DNA of 64,000 nt from Patescibacteria group bacterium (GCA_038063415.1 JBBTVD010000006.1:137948-201947), one strand, 5' to 3'. Shown: positions 18,033 through 26,826, numbered from the stretch's first letter. Program-made: numbers and translations. The notes: generated by a model not told the origin, from the sequence alone.

Positions 18033-19274
18033 TTAGTTATACCAACCGTACTGAAAGATTTGCCCGGTGGAGTAATATTGGTTAAACGAAAGATCAGTAC
18101 CATTCCATGGGTCGTTCATTACATAGCTCCCTCCAGAGCCACTCTTAAGAACGATAAAGTGGGTTCCAAAGGGACCTGCTTTCACCCCTACAATCACTGG
18201 TTCTCCACCCGAAAGCTTGTCATCAATTGCACTTTGGCTAAAGCCCCAGGATGATGAAATTTTGCCACCTGCCCACGGGATTAACATATAAGCAGTATTG
18301 GAGAAGAAGTAGCCACCATTGCTGGTAATATCAGCTGGCGTTACACCTTGACCATGTTTCTTCATAACCATCGCGATTGAGGTAGCAAGACAACCAACTT
18401 CCCATACCTTTTCGCCAGATGAACCCATATTGCCATTCCCCCATCGTTCATCTCGTTGGTTGTAATACCAACCATCTGGACTTGCCTGCGCAGGAAGGAT
18501 TGAAGCACCTGATCCTACACGAGATGTGGCAAACGATTTAAATGAGTTAATCTGTGCTCGCGCTTCTGAAAGCATCCGTTGGTATCTCGCCTCATCGTTT
18601 TTGGTCACAGAGAGTAACTCCTGTTTGGTTGCTTTGTCTTTATCAAGTTGTGCGGTATATCCCTGAAGCTCAGTCTTGAGATCTTCCACTTTTTTCTTCT
18701 TACCTTCTAGCAGTGATTTTTGATTGGCATAATCATTGCGTGCTTGTTGCGTATTATAGAGAAGTTCCTTATCATGAGCTTGCACAATACGAAGATAATT
18801 TGCTTTGGTAATTAAATCTTCTGCATCTCCTGAAGCAAGCAGCATCTGCATTGGACCACCACCGCCATTTTGGTAGGTAGCAACAATCCTATTGAGTAAA
18901 GTCTCAGATACCTTTTCAAGAGAGTCTTCCAGATTTTCCATACGCTTCCCGGCAGAATCAATATCAAGCGTTAGATCCATAATCTGTTGTTCATTGGACT
19001 GTATTTTATATTCGGTCAGTTTAATTTGATTATCCATGGCGTCTATCTGAGAAGAAAGCGAGTTGCCTTGAGAACGCAGGTCAGAGACTTTTCCTTCCAG
19101 TTCCACAATACGATCATTGAGTTCTTTAATTCTTGAGGAATTATCTGTCGTTGCAGGTGTAGTACTTGGAGTTTGTGCGTGAACCGTACCCTGCCACACA
19201 AATGATACGCTGAGTAACAAAAGAAAAATACTTGTAAAGAGAATGTTGTTCTTAGACATAGATAGGTAAAGCAC
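18033..19274 (-). CDS. secreted coiled-coil protein with C-terminal C39-like (papain-fold) cysteine peptidase domain; candidate FtsEX-controlled peptidoglycan hydrolase (PcsB/EnvC analog)
   Basis: Signal peptide and ~250 aa of heptad-rich coiled coil. The C-terminal domain has a catalytic Cys context (WEVGCLATSIAMVMKKHG) and His (GTHFIVL), like the Peptidase_C39_2 family. The gene lies immediately downstream of ftsE-ftsX. Confidence 0.6.
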   Translation of the reverse strand: MLYLSMSKNNILFTSIFLLLLSVSFVWQGTVHAQTPSTTPATTDNSSRIKELNDRIVELEGKVSDLRSQGNSLSSQIDAMDNQIKLTEYKIQSNEQQIMDLTLDIDSAGKRMENLEDSLEKVSETLLNRIVATYQNGGGGPMQMLLASGDAEDLITKANYLRIVQAHDKELLYNTQQARNDYANQKSLLEGKKKKVEDLKTELQGYTAQLDKDKATKQELLSVTKNDEARYQRMLSEARAQINSFKSFATSRVGSGASILPAQASPDGWYYNQRDERWGNGNMGSSGEKVWEVGCLATSIAMVMKKHGQGVTPADITSNGGYFFSNTAYMLIPWAGGKISSSWGFSQSAIDDKLSGGEPVIVGVKAGPFGTHFIVLKSGSGGSYVMNDPWNGTDLSFNQYYSTGQIFQYGWYN

Positions 19275-19289
19275 TGGGATTAGCCCATT

Positions 19290-20156
19290 TTACTTCAAAT
19301 AGCGGAGAACTGCAAGTGAGCTGGCAATGATACCCAAGACAACCGCAATCAGAAGTTCAATTCCGAGCAAGATAAAGAGGAATAAAGGCGATGCGGGAAG
19401 TACTGGTACGCCTTGAAGGAAGGTCTCAAGATATGGAGTCGCGTACAAAAGTCCTGCGGAAGCAAACAGCCAGCCAAAGACAGTCCCAACAACGCCATAG
19501 AAGATCCCTTCAATGACAAAAGGCCAACGGATATACCAATTGGTAGCGCTGAGTAGCTTCATAATCTCAATCTCATCTTTCTTTTGGGCAACCTTAAATC
19601 CAATGACCGTCATCATGATAAAGATAGAAACGAGTGCAAGGGTAGCAATAAGCGTAACACCAATAATACGAATAGCATTCGTCCAAGCCGTTAAGGTTGA
19701 AACGATATCTTTTTGATAGACTACTTCTGAAATTGACGGATTCTGCTTGAGGGTCTCTGAAATTTCATCCAAATCATCAAGTTGTGTGGTCGAAATTTCA
19801 ATCGAAGCTGGTAAGATATCTTCGGTTACTAAATCCAAAAGCAATGGATCTTCTTTATTTTGTTCTTTATAAATTTCAAGTGCTTCTTCTTTGGAAACAT
19901 ATTTCATCGTGGCAACTTTACCAGTTTGATCAAGTGAACTACGAAGCGTATCGACATCTACTTGGGTTGCTTCATCTTTAAAGAAAGCAGTTACCTGAGG
20001 TTTTGATTCAAAGTAACTAATGATCATGGAAGACCCGACAACAATAAAAGCAAAGACTGAAATAGAGAGAAAGGTCAACAGCATAATAAAAATAGCAGCT
20101 ATTGCCTGATAGGGACTTCTTCTGATATGTTTCCAACTGGTTTTTGCGTGTCGCAT
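19290..20156 (-). CDS. ftsX: cell division permease FtsX
   Basis: 288 aa with TM1, a large extracytoplasmic loop and three C-terminal TMs. The N-terminus reads MRHAKTSWKHIRRSPYQAIAAI. Confidence 0.8.
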   Translation of the reverse strand: MRHAKTSWKHIRRSPYQAIAAIFIMLLTFLSISVFAFIVVGSSMIISYFESKPQVTAFFKDEATQVDVDTLRSSLDQTGKVATMKYVSKEEALEIYKEQNKEDPLLLDLVTEDILPASIEISTTQLDDLDEISETLKQNPSISEVVYQKDIVSTLTAWTNAIRIIGVTLIATLALVSIFIMMTVIGFKVAQKKDEIEIMKLLSATNWYIRWPFVIEGIFYGVVGTVFGWLFASAGLLYATPYLETFLQGVPVLPASPLFLFILLGIELLIAVVLGIIASSLAVLRYLK

Positions 20157-20157
20157 A

Positions 20158-20835
20158 TTATCCTTTCTTTTCTCTTTTATCGTCTCGTGTTAAGACGCCT
20201 TTTTCAAGTACCAATACTCGCTTCATCAGACTGTTTACAATATCAGCGTTGTGTGTAGCCATGATAATTGTGGTCCCTGCAGCGTTGATATCCTGTAGCA
20301 GCTTTACAATTTCCCATGATGTTGCATTATCAAGATTGCCGGTTGGCTCGTCAGCAAGTAAGATTTCTGGCGAGAAGGCAAGCGCGCGGGCTATGGCTGC
20401 TCGCTGTAGTTCACCTCCAGAGAGCTGTACGGGAAATTTGTCACTGTGTTCGGATATCCCTACCTGAGCAAGAATCTCATCAACTCGTCTCCGAGCAGCA
20501 TTGTCTTCCATATCTGCTACCTCCAAAGGAAAAAGAACATTTTCAAAAATTGTTCGATCACGAAGTAACTTGAGATCTTGAAAGACTACGCCAACACGCT
20601 TACGGAGATGAGGAATTTTCTTCCGTGAAAGCTTCACCAGATCCCAATCGCCAATCATAACTGAACCAGTCGAGGGAACCATATCCCGGATAAGGAGACG
20701 GAAAAGCGTTGTCTTACCGGAACCAGAAGGCCCTACGAGAAAAACGAATTCACCAGGCTCAATAGCAAAGGAAACATCTTCCAAAGCAGTATTGCCGGTA
20801 GGATATTTTTTGGTTACATTTTCAAATTTAATCAT
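20158..20835 (-). CDS. ftsE: cell division ATP-binding protein FtsE
   Basis: MIKFENVTKKY...GPSGSGKTT...LSGGELQRAAIARAL...LLADEPTGNLD. The start was set at MIKFENV; the longer track ORF overlaps the upstream gene. Confidence 0.85.
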   Translation of the reverse strand: MIKFENVTKKYPTGNTALEDVSFAIEPGEFVFLVGPSGSGKTTLFRLLIRDMVPSTGSVMIGDWDLVKLSRKKIPHLRKRVGVVFQDLKLLRDRTIFENVLFPLEVADMEDNAARRRVDEILAQVGISEHSDKFPVQLSGGELQRAAIARALAFSPEILLADEPTGNLDNATSWEIVKLLQDINAAGTTIIMATHNADIVNSLMKRVLVLEKGVLTRDDKREKKG

Positions 20836-20837
20836 AC

Positions 20838-21299
20838 TTACTCCACTACTTCTACTTTGCCTACATCCATAAGCCAACCAGCTTTTTGCGCTTGCTGTGT
20901 CTCGCCCCACACTTTGATCTTTCTTCCAACGAACAACGATAGGTCAATGACCGAGGAGGTCAGATAGACATTTTGACTTTCTCCGCCTTTGCGTACGAGA
21001 TGATATTGTCCTTCTCCCTCAATACCACCTTCTTGCAAATCTCCCTCAGCCGTGTCGGTAAACGTTGCCCGATCATCTGAGCCATATGTTTGTCCGACAG
21101 CAACCTCTTGCTTGGTTACAGGAGCCTTCTGAACTCCTCCACCAGGCTCTGACATGACGGTAACAAGTGCCCATCCAGAACCGATACCAAGAACTGCCGA
21201 AAGAGCAAGTACTGTCAGAGCCTTTCCGACAGAAACACCTTCTTTTTGTTCTGCAAAGCTATGCATTACCGGCGCTGGTGTTCTTTCTTGCTGTTCCAT
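20838..21299 (-). CDS. hypothetical membrane-anchored protein upstream of ftsE
   Basis: 153 aa, one TM (ALTVLALSAVLGIGSGWALVTV) and a soluble C-terminal domain. No family recognised. Confidence 0.4.
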   Translation of the reverse strand: MEQQERTPAPVMHSFAEQKEGVSVGKALTVLALSAVLGIGSGWALVTVMSEPGGGVQKAPVTKQEVAVGQTYGSDDRATFTDTAEGDLQEGGIEGEGQYHLVRKGGESQNVYLTSSVIDLSLFVGRKIKVWGETQQAQKAGWLMDVGKVEVVE

Positions 21300-21404
21300 G
21301 TGTCATTTCAGTAAGTTATCCCTATGCTTAGTAAAACACATTTTCTTTTTTTTGGCAACCCGACACCTATTGACAGAGGCATGTTCTTCATATAGAGTGA
21401 CTGC

Positions 21405-22250
21405 ATGAATCTCCCAACACTTCTCAGACAAAAACGTACCATTATTATGGGTATTATAAATAGTACCCCTGATTCATTCTCGGATGGTGGAGACTACTAT
21501 AATAATACAGACAAAACACTTAATCGAATCAAAAACATGCTTACACAAGGAGCAGATATTATTGATATTGGGGGCGAATCAACCAGACCAGGCTCTGAAC
21601 TCATCAATAGCGACGAAGAATTACGAAGAGTGCTTCCCCTTATTACCGCTATGAGACAAGCTTTAGGAGAAGAAATTATTATTAGTATTGATACCTGGAA
21701 ACATACCGTGGCACAGGAAGCACTCAGAGCTGGAGCAACGATGATTAATAGTCTGGGTGGATTGCAACTCGATCATAAGCTGGCAGATGTGGTAGCCCAC
21801 TATCACTGCCCTATCGTCATCTATCATATTAAAGGTGAACCCAAAACCATGCAGCAAGGGGAAATAACCTATACTGACGTCATGCAAGCAATTGCAGACT
21901 TTTTTACTGAGCAATTAAGGCTAGGAGAAAAAGCAGGTATCACAAGAAAGAATTTTATTCTTGATCCTGGTATTGGATTTGGCAAGACAGTTGAACAGAA
22001 TCTCGAAGTTATCAAACGATTAAAAGAATTACAGCAGTTTGATCTGCCGGTACTTATTGGTGTTTCACGAAAGAGTCATCTGGCAATGATTTTGCAAGAA
22101 GAGCTTGGAGAAGAAATTCTTCCAAAGGACAGACTTGAAGCATCACTTGCTGAGACTGCTATTGCGATCCAGAACGGAGCACAGATCGTCAGAACACATG
22201 ACGTCTGGGAAACCAAAAAGTTTGTAACAGTCCTTGAGAAATTTTTATAA
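21405..22250 (+). CDS. folP: dihydropteroate synthase
   Basis: IMGIINSTPDSFSDGG...IIDIGGESTRPG...DTWK...DPGIGFGK. Confidence 0.85.
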   Translation: MNLPTLLRQKRTIIMGIINSTPDSFSDGGDYYNNTDKTLNRIKNMLTQGADIIDIGGESTRPGSELINSDEELRRVLPLITAMRQALGEEIIISIDTWKHTVAQEALRAGATMINSLGGLQLDHKLADVVAHYHCPIVIYHIKGEPKTMQQGEITYTDVMQAIADFFTEQLRLGEKAGITRKNFILDPGIGFGKTVEQNLEVIKRLKELQQFDLPVLIGVSRKSHLAMILQEELGEEILPKDRLEASLAETAIAIQNGAQIVRTHDVWETKKFVTVLEKFL

Positions 22251-22252
22251 TT

Positions 22253-22606
22253 ATGGATACTCTTTTTATCAACGATATTACGCTTCCTTGTACCATCGGT
22301 GTTACGGAGTTGGAAAGAAAAGAGAAACAAACCCTTATTATTACTGTGGCACTTTCCGTTGACCTACAAAAGGCAGGAGAAACAGATAATGTAAACGATA
22401 CGGTAAATTATAGTACTCTTTATCAACACATCGTTAAAGTCACAACAGGCTCAAAATTTTTCCTTATGGAGGCTCTCGCTCAACAAATTGCAACCGTTTG
22501 TCTTGAGGATAAACGAGTAAAACAAGCAAAAATTCGTATTGAAAAACCGAAGACGGTACGACTGGCCCGTTCTGCTGCCGTAGAAATAATAAGAACCAAT
22601 GAGTAA
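22253..22606 (+). CDS. folB: dihydroneopterin aldolase
   Basis: 117 aa. [34 protein letters not shown] is the FolB pattern. Confidence 0.75.
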   Translation: MDTLFINDITLPCTIGVTELERKEKQTLIITVALSVDLQKAGETDNVNDTVNYSTLYQHIVKVTTGSKFFLMEALAQQIATVCLEDKRVKQAKIRIEKPKTVRLARSAAVEIIRTNE

Positions 22607-23162
22607 TAAAAAAATTGAATTACTAATCACACAACTATTGCAAGAATTGGGAGAAGACCCCTCTCGTGAGGGACTTAAAAAAACACCCAGAAGAGTGAGT
22701 CACATGTTTACCGATCTGACCAAAGGATACACTACTACTCGGGCAACAACCATCAATAAAGCACTTTTTACTGAACAAGTGCACAATATGATTATCCTTC
22801 GAGATATCGAGCTCTATAGTCTGTGCGAACATCACCTCTTACCTTTTTTTGGCAAGTGTCATATCGGCTACATTACCAAAGGCAAAGTAATTGGCGTCAG
22901 TAAAATTGCCAGAATTGTCGATCGATTCGCAAGGCGACTACAAATCCAGGAACGATTAACACAAGAAATAGCCAACGAGCTACAAGAAGTATTACAACCT
23001 TTGGGAGTTGGTGTAGTTATTGAAGCACAGCATCTTTGCATGATGATGCGAGGTGTAGAAAAGCAAAACTCCGTTATGGTGACAGCAGCAGTCCTTGGCA
23101 ATTTCCGAAGCGAACTGGCTACCAGACAAGAATTTATGACGATTATTCACAAAAATATATGA
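22599..23162 (+). CDS. folE: GTP cyclohydrolase I
   Basis: GLKKTPRRV...[20 protein letters not shown]...QERLT...HLCMMMRGV. Confidence 0.85.
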   Translation: MSNKKIELLITQLLQELGEDPSREGLKKTPRRVSHMFTDLTKGYTTTRATTINKALFTEQVHNMIILRDIELYSLCEHHLLPFFGKCHIGYITKGKVIGVSKIARIVDRFARRLQIQERLTQEIANELQEVLQPLGVGVVIEAQHLCMMMRGVEKQNSVMVTAAVLGNFRSELATRQEFMTIIHKNI

Positions 23163-23860
23163 AGATTCCAGGCGTTTTTACGACAATTAAGATTACTCAT
23201 GGACAACCGATCTTTCTTGAGAAACATCAAGCAAGACTTATCGCTCATGCCAAACAAGCAGGTTTCCAAATCCATACGACTGCTATAACACAAAAAATAG
23301 TAACATGGTTGCAAGATCATCCGCTAAAAGATTGTGTACTCAAAATAAGTATTTTAGGAGAGTATAAGGAACCAGAAATTCTTTTTGCTACCCGAGAGTT
23401 ACCACAAACCTCAGGTTCAATTCGCCTCATTAGTGTTCCTGATAATCGCGATGTGTCAAAAGTTATCAAAAGTATTGATCGGACAATGTATGAGCAAGCA
23501 AAGCAAATGGCGCAAGCAAAAGGAGCTGATGATGCGATCTTTGAAGAAGATGGATACCTGATCGAATCAACGATCTGTAATCTTTTTTCTCTCAATAAGA
23601 AAGGTGAAATTATTACTCCACCAATTGCTGGTAAAGGGTTAGCAGGAGTTATGCGGGCAAGCATTATGGAAAATTTTCCGGTTCGTGAAGAACCTATCCC
23701 AAAGACAACAAACGGACCATTGGTTTTGACAAATAGTTTACGGGTACAAAAAGCAAGTTCGCTTGATGGAAGAATACTCGCTGACGGAGAAGTATTGTTA
23801 GAAAAACTAAAAATAACAATAAATAAAGCCGAATTTAAATATCTGTCATCCCGTACTTGA
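23159..23860 (+). CDS. pabC: aminodeoxychorismate lyase (class IV PLP aminotransferase fold)
   Basis: MKIPGVFTT...[12 protein letters not shown]...GVMR is a PabC-like pattern. The ATG at 23159 overlaps the folE stop. The track ORF extension 23036-23158 was rejected. The stop codon lies within the terminal repeat of a palindromic element. Confidence 0.6.
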   Translation: MKIPGVFTTIKITHGQPIFLEKHQARLIAHAKQAGFQIHTTAITQKIVTWLQDHPLKDCVLKISILGEYKEPEILFATRELPQTSGSIRLISVPDNRDVSKVIKSIDRTMYEQAKQMAQAKGADDAIFEEDGYLIESTICNLFSLNKKGEIITPPIAGKGLAGVMRASIMENFPVREEPIPKTTNGPLVLTNSLRVQKASSLDGRILADGEVLLEKLKITINKAEFKYLSSRT

Positions 23861-23939
23861 TACGGAATCCATGGATTCCCGCTTTTGCTGGAATGACAAT
23901 TCTAAGTTTTTTATTCGTCATTCTGGCTTGTCCAGAATC
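23844..23939. repeat. composite palindromic element (TGTCATCCCG...GGAATGACA with internal 16-bp perfect palindrome GGAATCCATGGATTCC, followed by GTCATTCTGGCTTGTCCAGAATC hairpin)
   Basis: Termini are inverted repeats with one mismatch. The second hairpin is identical to 17897-17919. The element occupies the entire pabC-pabB intergenic region. Confidence 0.55.
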
Positions 23940-23950
23940 TTTTATTTAAA

Positions 23951-25375
23951 ATGCACAATAAAAAATTACCAATCTGGGTCGATCCCAAAGCAGTCTTTAC
24001 TGATCTTTTTGCCGCGGCTCCGGCAGCCTTTTGGCTTGATACAAGTCTGCCCAACGATGAAAAGAGATTCTCCTATATGGGCCTACCCAAAGAAATTATC
24101 TCCTACGACCTTCAAACTAATACAATAACCATACAGAAAGATTCTCACATCACAAAAATAACCCAAGATATCTTTACTTATCTCAATAGGAAGCTACAAC
24201 AACAGGCTTTTGAAGACAAAACACTTCCTTTTCCCTTTATCGGAGGATACGTCGGTTACTTCGGTTATGAATTAAAAGCACTCTGCGGAGTGAAAAACAC
24301 CTACCAGTCTCCTTATCCTGATAGTGTATGGTTCAAGGTTGAGCAATATATTGTCTTTGACCATCAAGAAAAAGAGGTTTACCTTGCTTGTCTAACAAAA
24401 AAAAAGCAACTTGCAGACAAATGGTTCCAGGACATACAAAAAAATTTATTGTCATCCCGAGTACCCCATAGAAAGTCGAGGAATCTCACACCGCAGAGAA
24501 ACTTGTTTGCAACAGACCCCTCCACTCGTTCCTCGGTCGGGATGACATTTTCCCGTGAACAACAACAATATCTTAAGGACATACAAACAGCTAAAAAATA
24601 TCTTAACAAAGGAGAAAGCTATCAAATTTGTCTTACCAATACCCTTACCAAAAAAGTAACAATTGACCCCCTTCTTCTTTATCAAACGCTGAGAAAAAGT
24701 AACCCTGCTCCGTATGCTGCGTATCTTCGCTATAATGATCTCACCGTTCTCTGCTCTTCTCCCGAACAGTTTCTCAAAATTGATGCAGGTGGAACAGTCA
24801 CAACCAAACCAATCAAAGGAACAATAGCTCGTGGTAATACCTTGCAAGAAGATATCTTGCTTAAAAAACAACTCGCAGAAAGCAAAAAGGACTGGTCAGA
24901 GAACGCTATGATTATTGACTTACTACGAAATGATCTGGGGAAAGTATGTACGTTCGGTTCGGTAAAAGTAACAAAACCAATGGCAATAGAGACGTATCAA
25001 ACAGTACATCAACTTGTTTCAACGGTACAGGGCAAATTACATAAGGATACTTCAGTTATTGATTGCATCAAAGCCTGCTTTCCCGGCGGATCAATGACCG
25101 GAGCGCCAAAAACACGAACAATGGAAATTATTGAAAAATTAGAAAAGCAAGCACGAGGCATCTATTCTGGAGCACTTGGATTTCTTAGCTACAATAAAAC
25201 AGCGTCACTGAACATCGTTATCAGGACGATGGTCATGCAAAAAGATGCGGTAAGTATTGGCGCTGGTGGAGCCATTTTGATTGATTCAGATCCAGAGAAA
25301 GAATATGAAGAAATGCTACTCAAAACAACAGCTTTACAAAACGCGATTCAAAATTCTTTAGAGAGTGAGGAATAA
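23951..25375 (+). CDS. pabB: aminodeoxychorismate synthase component I
   Basis: Chorismate-binding domain blocks SYQICLTN, PEQFLKI, TKPIKGT, DLLRNDLG and FPGGSMTGAPK. It carries an in-frame ~33-aa insert at residues ~167-200, encoded by a palindromic element. Confidence 0.8.
   Translation: MHNKKLPIWVDPKAVFTDLFAAAPAAFWLDTSLPNDEKRFSYMGLPKEIISYDLQTNTITIQKDSHITKITQDIFTYLNRKLQQQAFEDKTLPFPFIGGYVGYFGYELKALCGVKNTYQSPYPDSVWFKVEQYIVFDHQEKEVYLACLTKKKQLADKWFQDIQKNLLSSRVPHRKSRNLTPQRNLFATDPSTRSSVGMTFSREQQQYLKDIQTAKKYLNKGESYQICLTNTLTKKVTIDPLLLYQTLRKSNPAPYAAYLRYNDLTVLCSSPEQFLKIDAGGTVTTKPIKGTIARGNTLQEDILLKKQLAESKKDWSENAMIIDLLRNDLGKVCTFGSVKVTKPMAIETYQTVHQLVSTVQGKLHKDTSVIDCIKACFPGGSMTGAPKTRTMEIIEKLEKQARGIYSGALGFLSYNKTASLNIVIRTMVMQKDAVSIGAGGAILIDSDPEKEYEEMLLKTTALQNAIQNSLESEE
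24450..24547. repeat. 98-bp palindromic MITE-like element inserted in-frame inside pabB (perfect 11-bp terminal inverted repeats TGTCATCCCGA / TCGGGATGACA)
   Basis: The termini are exact reverse complements. It belongs to the same terminus family as the elements at 15785 and 23844. The pabB reading frame stays open through it. Confidence 0.6.
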
Positions 25376-25469
25376 ATTTTTTCGCAGTGATCAATAGTGA
25401 AAAAATGATTCGGTAAAGATCTATAAAAGTTACTGCACGTGGAGCACAAGAAAAAATTTCATTCCGAAC
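25365..25469 (+). repeat. copy 1 of a ~100-bp direct repeat (GTGAGGAATAAATTTTTCGCAnTGATCAATAGnGAAAA ... CGTGGAnCAnAAGAAAAAATTTCATTCCGAAC), spanning the pabB stop and the folK upstream region
   Basis: The 5' ~40 nt and 3' ~35 nt are near-identical to copy 2 at 25969-26069, and the centre is divergent. It contains the pabB stop codon. Confidence 0.6.
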
Positions 25470-25514
25470 GACAACGCTAATGACAAAAAGCATCTAAGTC
25501 CCTATAATACCACC

Positions 25515-25979
25515 ATGCACACAATCTATCTCGCTCTTGGATCCAATGTCGGAAAAAAAGCAACATTTCTTACCCAAGCAATTGACAAGCTAAAAAAACA
25601 ACTGCAAAACGTGACGCTAGCAGATTTCTATACAACCCAACCAATGTATGTGGAAGATCAAGAAGAATTTTTAAATACAGTGATGCGGGCGGAGACATCT
25701 CTCTCTCCTGAATCACTCCTTACCTTTGTTAAAGGTCTGGAAAAAGAAATCGGAAGAAAAGAACGATTTCGGAATGGTCCCCGTGAGATTGACATCGACA
25801 TTCTTTTTTATAATGATGTGATTATGCACACAAACTTATTGCAAATTCCTCACCCTCGGATACAGGAACGAAACTTTGTTCTTCGACCTTTTATGGATAT
25901 TGCTCCAGAGTTTATGCATCCAGTGCTAAAAAAAACAATAAAAGAGATTTACAAAAAATTAAATATGCGTGAGGAATAA
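25515..25979 (+). CDS. folK: 2-amino-4-hydroxy-6-hydroxymethyldihydropteridine pyrophosphokinase
   Basis: IYLALGSNVG...REIDIDILFY...RPF is the HPPK pattern. Confidence 0.8.
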   Translation: MHTIYLALGSNVGKKATFLTQAIDKLKKQLQNVTLADFYTTQPMYVEDQEEFLNTVMRAETSLSPESLLTFVKGLEKEIGRKERFRNGPREIDIDILFYNDVIMHTNLLQIPHPRIQERNFVLRPFMDIAPEFMHPVLKKTIKEIYKKLNMREE

Positions 25980-26069
25980 ATTTTTCGCAATGATCAATAG
26001 CGAAAAGAATGGTAGTATGAGTAGTAAAGCATCTACGCGTGGATCATAAGAAAAAATTTCATTCCGAAC
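25969..26069 (+). repeat. copy 2 of the ~100-bp direct repeat, spanning the folK stop and the upstream region of the CofE-like gene
   Basis: See copy 1. It contains the folK stop codon (MREE* versus pabB ESEE*). Confidence 0.6.
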
Positions 26070-26084
26070 AGAATCCTAACGACG

Positions 26085-26825
26085 ATGATTGTAAAACCAT
26101 ACAAAACACATAAAATAACACCAAACGAAAATTTGTTTGAGATTCTCGATCGCTATTTGCCAAAAATTGAGGAAGGCAGTATCGTCGCAATTGCCTCAAA
26201 AATTGTCGGTATTTGTGAAGGGAGAGTGAGCAAAAAAGAATCACAAGAACAAAAGGACGAATTTATCAAACAAGAAGCGGAGTACTACTTACCAGAAAAA
26301 CATATGGAACTCCTACTGACGATTAATCACAATACCCTCGTCGTAAATGCAGGTATCGACGAATCAAATAGCAATGGCTTGCTTTCTCTCTGGCCTAACG
26401 ATCCACAACAAAGTGCCAACGTTATTCGCGAATATCTTAGCAAAAAATATAACATACAACGGATTGGCGTTATCCTAACTGACAGCAAAATAACACCACT
26501 TCGTTGGGGAGTTACCGGCTACATGCTAACACATAGTGGCTTTTTAGCATTAAAAAATTATATTGGCAAACAAGATATCTTTGGACAAACTATGCACGTC
26601 GAGCAAGCAAGCATTGCCGATTCTTTGGCAACGGCTGCAGTAGCTGTTACCGGTGAAGGTGATGAACAACAACCATTGGCAGTAATAACTGATGTTCCTT
26701 TTGTGGAGTTCCAACAACGAAATCCTACACACGAAGAATTGGAAGCACTCAAGATAACTCTTGAAGATGATGTCTATGCACCACTCCTCAAAGCAGTCAT
26801 CTGGCAAAAAGGGAAACAAAAATAG
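26085..26825 (+). CDS. CofE-like (F420-0:gamma-glutamyl ligase family, COG1478) protein; candidate FolC2-type dihydrofolate synthase/folylpolyglutamate ligase
   Basis: 246 aa with the CofE-like layout (IASKIVGICEGR, NAGIDESN, GVILTDSK) in a folate operon. Established knowledge: CofE homologs (FolC2) substitute for FolC in some bacteria. The functional assignment here is inference. Confidence 0.45.
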   Translation: MIVKPYKTHKITPNENLFEILDRYLPKIEEGSIVAIASKIVGICEGRVSKKESQEQKDEFIKQEAEYYLPEKHMELLLTINHNTLVVNAGIDESNSNGLLSLWPNDPQQSANVIREYLSKKYNIQRIGVILTDSKITPLRWGVTGYMLTHSGFLALKNYIGKQDIFGQTMHVEQASIADSLATAAVAVTGEGDEQQPLAVITDVPFVEFQQRNPTHEELEALKITLEDDVYAPLLKAVIWQKGKQK

Positions 26826-26826
26826 G

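Noticed and set aside
23036-23158. N-terminal extension of the pabC ORF overlapping the folE 3' end
   Set aside because: PabC-like sequence begins at MKIPGVF (23159). The extension lies in an alternative frame of folE.
23871-24128. 85-aa ORF (MDSRFCWNDNSKFF...) spanning the palindromic element and the pabB 5' end
   Set aside because: It is composed of repeat-element sequence and an alternative frame of pabB. No protein-like composition.
25365-26069. Folate-associated riboswitch (THF or ZTP) in the repeats flanking folK
   Set aside because: The conserved blocks do not resemble the THF or ZTP/pfl riboswitch consensus as far as I can recall by eye. Direct repeats that include upstream stop codons fit a duplicated junction or promoter cassette better. 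This is left as an open finding rather than a riboswitch call.
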